In this document: one piece after another, positions 29,425-33,916 of the stretch
How positions within the stretch are numbered: position 1 is the stretch's first letter
Layout: each line of letters opens with the position of its first letter
Assembly (NCBI GenBank): GCA_041494685.1
Contig: JBGQBE010000037.1
Span: 1 to 33,916, forward strand
Direction of reading: 5' to 3'
DNA from: Dehalococcoidia bacterium
GTDB taxonomy: Bacteria > Chloroflexota > Dehalococcoidia > DSTF01 > JACRBR01
Length of the DNA stretch: 33,916 nucleotides
The notes under the pieces: model-generated
What the model saw: the letters and a program-made list of their open reading frames with translations, nothing else
Told to the model about the DNA's origin: nothing
Database searches by the model: none
Translations under genes and position numbers: made by a program

Positions 29425-29577
29425 GTGGCAGATACCAAGAAGATCGGCGTGGTCATGCTGAAGGGGTGCCGCTGCCGTTGCGGGCACGAGTGGTTGCCGC
29501 GTGGCGATGAGACGCCGCGCGTCTGCCCTACATGCAAGTCCCCCAACTGGGATAAGCCTAAGCAGGCGGCGAAGTAG
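29425..29577 (+). CDS. Small zinc-ribbon protein (50 aa)
   Basis: GGAG before GTG; CRCGHEW.PR....PRVCPTCKSPNWD; TAG abuts ATG of the R-M gene. Confidence 0.7.
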   Translation: MADTKKIGVVMLKGCRCRCGHEWLPRGDETPRVCPTCKSPNWDKPKQAAK

Positions 29578-31548
29578 ATGCCGCGCAAGAAGCCCCACGT
29601 TGCGCCTGCCGCGCCGCCGCTCACCTCTACGAAGCACGAGACGGAGGTCGAGGCCTACGACTACATACGCCGTCAACTCAGAGAGCTTGGGTGGGCTGTC
29701 AGGAACCCCAGCCTTGGCACCGGCGGTCACGTATGGACTCAAAATCAGTGCTTGAGCCACCCAGCAATCAAGAGTGCCCTGGGCACGACCCGTCCCGAGA
29801 ACATCGTAAGACTCACGGAGCACTATCTGTGGGTCATCGAGTCCAAGGCCGCGAGAAAGGACATTGATCTCGCGGTGCATGAAGCGCAAAACGACTATGC
29901 CAAACCGATAAACGATCTCAGCGGTGATGTGGAGGCTTTACTGACCTCGGGCGTCGCGGGAGATGAGGCGTCCGGCTACGCGGTGCGGACGTTCATTCGG
30001 CTCGATGAGAGGTGGCGGCAAGTCACCATTAACGGCCAGGAAGCGACGGGCCTTCTTTCCCCTGACGACGTGCGCGTCTTGTTGGAGGGCGGGACCTCAG
30101 ATATTCACGAGTTCGCGCCACCTCAATGGCTCTTTCTTTCCGCAGCAGAGCGCATCAACAAAATCCTTCATCAAGGCGGCATAAACAAGGAAACTCGTGC
30201 CAGAACAATTGCGGCGCTGCTGCTTTCTGTCGTGGATCAGCCGCCGAATCTCGACACTGAACTCTTAGTCTTGATCGAGGAAATCAACGCACGCAGCAAG
30301 TCGATTCTCACCAAGAACGGTAAGCAGGAGTTTGCTCCCTTCGTCCACATCCTTCCACCGACAAACTCGAACAACCATTTCAAATTTCAAGCCGCGCTCG
30401 TAAAGACCATTCAAGAACTACTGAACCTGAACATCAGGTCAGCCATGAACTCAAGCACTGACGTTTTGGGTGAGTTCTATGAAGTGTTTCTCAAGTACGG
30501 GAACGGGGCGAAGGAAATCGGCATCGTTCTCACGCCGAGGCACATCACTCGATTTGCTGTGCAGGCTGTTGGTGTCGGTCCGACCGATGTCGTGCTCGAT
30601 CCTGCTTGCGGGACAGGCGGCTTCCTGGTCGCAGCCTTCGATCATATTCGACAAACGGGCACGCCCTCGCAACTCGATCGATTCAAGCAGCGCAACCTTT
30701 TCGGCATCGAACAGGAGTCGTACGTTGCTGTCCTCGCCATCGTCAACATGATCTTTAGGGGGGACGGCAAGAATAACATCATCGAGGGCAACTGCTTTAC
30801 CACAAACTTGATCGCTAAGAGCAAAGACGGATACCCCTCCGCCGCGTACGTCAAGGAAGCGCCAAAACTTGGAACACAGGCGGTTACGCGTGTCTTGATG
30901 AATCCACCATTTGCGGTGCCGGGTTCCCAAGACAAGGAATACAAGTTCGTTTCGCGGGCGCTTGAATTGATGGTGGATGGCGGCATCCTGTTTAGCCTAC
31001 TACCCATGGACAGCATGTTCGGCGCGAACGAAGAGAAGGTCTGGCGAGAAACCGAATTGCTTCCTCACCACACACTGCTCTCCGTTATCAGCCTGCCGGA
31101 CGAACTGTTCTACCCGGCAGCATTGAAGCAGGTCGTGGCTGTAATCATCCGAAAGGGCTTTCCCCATCCCAAACAACAAGCTGTGTTCTGGGCACGGATC
31201 GATGAGGACGGCCACCTAAAAGTCAAAACCCGGAGGCTCGAAGCTTCGGAAATGCGCCCACCTCGGATGGCGAACGATGACATACCGCAAGTCTTACCCC
31301 ACCTACGAAGCTTCGTAAACAACCCATCAGGAACTTCCGTCAATGAGCCAATGCTCTGCAAGACGGCAGCCATTAACTTTGATGATCCGCTGCTGGAGTT
31401 GCTTCCCGAAGCATATCTAGACAGTGCCATTCCGACTCATGCCGAGCTTGAGGCGGAAATCGATCGTATGGCCCGAGAGACCGCAGCCCAACTCATTCGT
31501 TTCGGCACGGAACGACTTGCGGGAGCCTTCGATGGCAACAATAGCTAG
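29578..31548 (+). CDS. Fused endonuclease/N6-adenine methyltransferase (BcgI alpha-like, type IIB R-M)
   Basis: N-terminal RPE...VIESK; DVLGEFYEVFLKY, GIVLTPRHI, motif I LDPACGTGGFL, motif IV MNPPF. Confidence 0.85.
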   Translation: MPRKKPHVAPAAPPLTSTKHETEVEAYDYIRRQLRELGWAVRNPSLGTGGHVWTQNQCLSHPAIKSALGTTRPENIVRLTEHYLWVIESKAARKDIDLAVHEAQNDYAKPINDLSGDVEALLTSGVAGDEASGYAVRTFIRLDERWRQVTINGQEATGLLSPDDVRVLLEGGTSDIHEFAPPQWLFLSAAERINKILHQGGINKETRARTIAALLLSVVDQPPNLDTELLVLIEEINARSKSILTKNGKQEFAPFVHILPPTNSNNHFKFQAALVKTIQELLNLNIRSAMNSSTDVLGEFYEVFLKYGNGAKEIGIVLTPRHITRFAVQAVGVGPTDVVLDPACGTGGFLVAAFDHIRQTGTPSQLDRFKQRNLFGIEQESYVAVLAIVNMIFRGDGKNNIIEGNCFTTNLIAKSKDGYPSAAYVKEAPKLGTQAVTRVLMNPPFAVPGSQDKEYKFVSRALELMVDGGILFSLLPMDSMFGANEEKVWRETELLPHHTLLSVISLPDELFYPAALKQVVAVIIRKGFPHPKQQAVFWARIDEDGHLKVKTRRLEASEMRPPRMANDDIPQVLPHLRSFVNNPSGTSVNEPMLCKTAAINFDDPLLELLPEAYLDSAIPTHAELEAEIDRMARETAAQLIRFGTERLAGAFDGNNS

Positions 31549-32488
31549 TCTCTTCAAGCTGCATCGATCAAGGTCTGTGGCCTACGACGACCACGCACCG
31601 GGTCTCGTACCTTTCATCAGCAACGGTGAGCACGACGCTGGTGTACTCGGGTACGTGGAGCCACTTCCGGGCGAGACTGTCTTTGACTTCGTCGGAGTAG
31701 TGGTGTCGGCTCTGAGTGGCGCTGCGGTTCATGCGCCGCCCTACATTGCTCGCGGTGGAGCTGGAAGCGGTCTAGTCGTTCTTGAGCCGCGTGAAAAAAT
31801 GTCGCCACAACAGTTGGCGTATCTCGCGGCCTATTTCAACCGCACGGCCAAGTGGCGCTTCCACTGGTACAGGCAGCTAACGACGGATCGGCTCCTTCCC
31901 ATTGAGATGCCTGCCGCAATACCTCCGGGCGTCCGGTTTCCCGTTGAGAAGGTATTGCCTCCGCAGTTAGCGCCAGCGAAACGACCCAGTTGGCGCGGAA
32001 CGTTCGCGCCGGTTGCATTAGACACCATCTTTCATCTCAAGTCTGGCGATCATCACGTACTCGGCGACCTATTGCCGGGAAAGACGCCTGTAGTTTCATG
32101 CGGTGATGGAGACAACGGGATCGCAGGCTTCCACGACGTGCCTGCCCCGTATCAGGGGTCACTAACCATTGCCTTTAACGGAATGAACACCTTGACGACG
32201 AAGTATCATCCCTACCGCTTCGCCGCAAAAGATGATGTTGCAATATGCACCCCGAGGAAACCTCTTCGATTGACGAGCCTGCTGTTCGTTCAGGTAATGC
32301 TCAACCGAGAACGCTGGCGCTATTCCTACTACCGCAAGTGCTACATGAACAAGCTGCCCAGGTTTGAAGTGCCGTTGCCCTTCAAGAATGGCGGCCTAGA
32401 CGAAGACCTTATGGAGATGCTTGTGACCACCGCTCCTTATTGGGACTACCTCAAGACATGGACCTCTGGGACGGACGCCTTCCTTTAG
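31532..32488 (+). CDS. R-M specificity subunit with two TRDs (BcgI beta-like)
   Basis: Internal duplication VPFISNGEHDAGVLGY / TPVVSCGDGDNGIAGF and KWRFHWYRQ / RWRYSYYRK; overlaps the RM gene. Confidence 0.82.
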   Translation: MATIASLFKLHRSRSVAYDDHAPGLVPFISNGEHDAGVLGYVEPLPGETVFDFVGVVVSALSGAAVHAPPYIARGGAGSGLVVLEPREKMSPQQLAYLAAYFNRTAKWRFHWYRQLTTDRLLPIEMPAAIPPGVRFPVEKVLPPQLAPAKRPSWRGTFAPVALDTIFHLKSGDHHVLGDLLPGKTPVVSCGDGDNGIAGFHDVPAPYQGSLTIAFNGMNTLTTKYHPYRFAAKDDVAICTPRKPLRLTSLLFVQVMLNRERWRYSYYRKCYMNKLPRFEVPLPFKNGGLDEDLMEMLVTTAPYWDYLKTWTSGTDAFL

Positions 32489-32636
32489 GGGCAACCCAGT
32501 CGTTATGAGGCAAGAGCCCGCCTTGCGGGAGCCGGGCCCCCCTCGGGTGATCCCCCGGATTTGGAGATCGCGCCGCACACCCCCTAAGTTCGCAGGCACA
32601 TGATCTGAGTCGATGCGAAAGTGGGAGGTTGCTGCC

Positions 32637-33485
32637 ATGCCACGTGCCAAGCCTAAGTCTGACGTCGGCCGCGCGATGACGCGCTTCAACGCCCTGCGCC
32701 ACGGGCTGACCTCCACCGCGCCCGTGATCCCCGGCGTCGAGTCGGACGACGAATGGGAGTCCCACCGCGAGGCCATCGTCGCCGACCTGGCCCCCGCCGG
32801 CGCCACCGAGTCGGCACTCGCCGAGCGCATCGCCGCGCTGGCGTGGCGGCTCCGCCGCGTCGAGCGCTACGAGTCCGTCGCCATCGCCGTCGGCCGCGAG
32901 CGCGTCGACCACGACGTCGCCCTGCGGCAGCGCCGCCTCGGCCTGCCCGCCACCGTCGACCAGGCGCAGCTCCTCGTCGAAGACGCCCACCGCTGCCTCG
33001 ACATCGTCGAGCACCTGCTCGACACGCCGCCCGCCACTGGCCTCGCCGCCGCCGACGCGGCCGCCATCATGGAGGCGCTCGCCTCGTCCGCCAGGGCCGA
33101 CGTGGCCACCTACGTCGAAGGCATCGACGAAGCCGCGGACGGCGGCGGGTGGACCGTCGGCCGCCTGGTCGCCGTGATGGAAGCGCTCGCCGCGCGCGAC
33201 GGCGAGGCCTTCGTCGACGTCCTCGCCGCCGCTGTCGCCCGCGCCCGCACCGTCGCCGGCGACACCCGCCTCTCGCTCGTCCGCCTCGACGAAGAGATCG
33301 ATCGCCTCCGCCGCGAACGCCTCCTCCCCGACGCCCCCACGCTCGACAGGATCATGCGCCACGAGGCCAATCTCAACCGCATGTTCTACCAGGCCCTCAA
33401 CCAGCTCGAAGCCGCCCAGTCCCGCCGCTGCGGCGCCCCAACCCCCCTCCACCGCATCCAGGCCTACGGCCTCCCCGGCGGTTAG
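32637..33485 (+). CDS. Hypothetical helical protein with NALRHGL...WRLRR motif (282 aa)
   Basis: GGGAGG RBS; FNALRHGLTS, LAPAGATESALAERIAALAWRLRRVERYE, RHEANLNR; host-like GC. Confidence 0.8.
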   Translation: MPRAKPKSDVGRAMTRFNALRHGLTSTAPVIPGVESDDEWESHREAIVADLAPAGATESALAERIAALAWRLRRVERYESVAIAVGRERVDHDVALRQRRLGLPATVDQAQLLVEDAHRCLDIVEHLLDTPPATGLAAADAAAIMEALASSARADVATYVEGIDEAADGGGWTVGRLVAVMEALAARDGEAFVDVLAAAVARARTVAGDTRLSLVRLDEEIDRLRRERLLPDAPTLDRIMRHEANLNRMFYQALNQLEAAQSRRCGAPTPLHRIQAYGLPGG

Positions 33486-33513
33486 CGGAACGCGGTGCCG
33501 CATGCCCAATCAA

Positions 33514-33631
33514 GTTAAGCTCCGCCCGCCGAAAGACCCGCAGCATCATCCCCGTAGGGACAGGGCTTCAGCCCTGTCCGCCCGGCCGTTCAGCTCCGCC
33601 CGCCGAAAGATCCGCAGCATCATCCCCGTAG
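33514..33631 (+). repeat. Two 44-bp direct repeats around a REP-like hairpin (copy 3)
   Basis: 33514-33557 and 33588-33631 differ at 2 positions; GTAGGGACAGGGC-TTCA-GCCCTGTCC spans the first junction. Confidence 0.8.
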
Positions 33632-33773
33632 TCCGCCCCGCCTCCGGTCGTCGCCGTGCCGTCGCCGCGCCCCAGGCGATCAGGGCGCCTCTCCCGGAAA
33701 GGTCGAAATTACAAAACAGGTACATCGCCAGATACGAATCGCGAAACATAACTAAAACGGAGGTACCCCAACC

Positions 33774-33801
33774 CAAGGTTCCAGGTTCTAAGTTCTAGGT
33801 T
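33774..33801. repeat. Four tandem heptamers CNARGTT
   Basis: caaggtt ccaggtt ctaagtt ctaggtt. Confidence 0.65.
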
Positions 33802-33916
33802 CTTCGTCCCGAAATGTGCCTGTAACATCGATCCGGTACAGTCTGGGTCGCGGGAGGAGACGGCGGCGGGGAGCCGTCGCGAGTTCATCGATATGGAGCA
33901 GGCGAATGGCTGGATA

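Noticed and set aside
21880..33550. Intact prophage or integrative element
   Set aside because: No integrase, repressor, replication, capsid or tail genes and no tRNA/att site; composition is mosaic.
33514..33631. CRISPR mini-array (44-bp repeats, 30-bp spacer)
   Set aside because: Only two repeats, the spacer is itself a REP-like hairpin, and no cas genes are in the window.
33892..33916. Start of a further CDS (GGAG then ATG 33906)
   Set aside because: Too little sequence before the window end to support it.

Overview
High-GC bacterial chromosome segment, probably Chloroflexota (Dehalococcoidia-like). This taxonomy is inferred from the GAAC-N4-GTTC SOS box, CIRCE and gene style, not proven. 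The left and middle parts are housekeeping: a folate cluster (folP, folK, PTPS with a CExxHGH motif, no folB in the window), cysteine desulfurase, a PAP2 membrane protein, a divergent dnaA, DUF3105, DegV, rpsO-pnp, DedA, a TolB-like propeller plus SLT-like enzyme, a CIRCE-preceded solo groEL and an O-methyltransferase. Three visibly lower-GC defence cassettes are inserted: McrBC (mcrB split by a 1-nt frameshift) right after dnaA, a Lamassu/ABC-three-component system, and a BcgI-like type IIB restriction-modification pair. The most striking feature sits between Lamassu and the R-M pair. It is a host-GC, tightly coupled 7-gene operon (24928-29238, minus strand) encoding a membrane protein, a small protein, a TerS candidate, a coiled-coil/TM protein, an intact terminase large subunit, a Cys4+HTH regulator and an SPP1-like portal. 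Its sigma70-type promoter has a perfect LexA-type box in the spacer, and there are no integrase, replication, capsid or tail genes in the window. It looks like a domesticated, SOS-inducible DNA-packaging module (GTA-like or anti-phage). All family calls come from motif recognition, without database searches.
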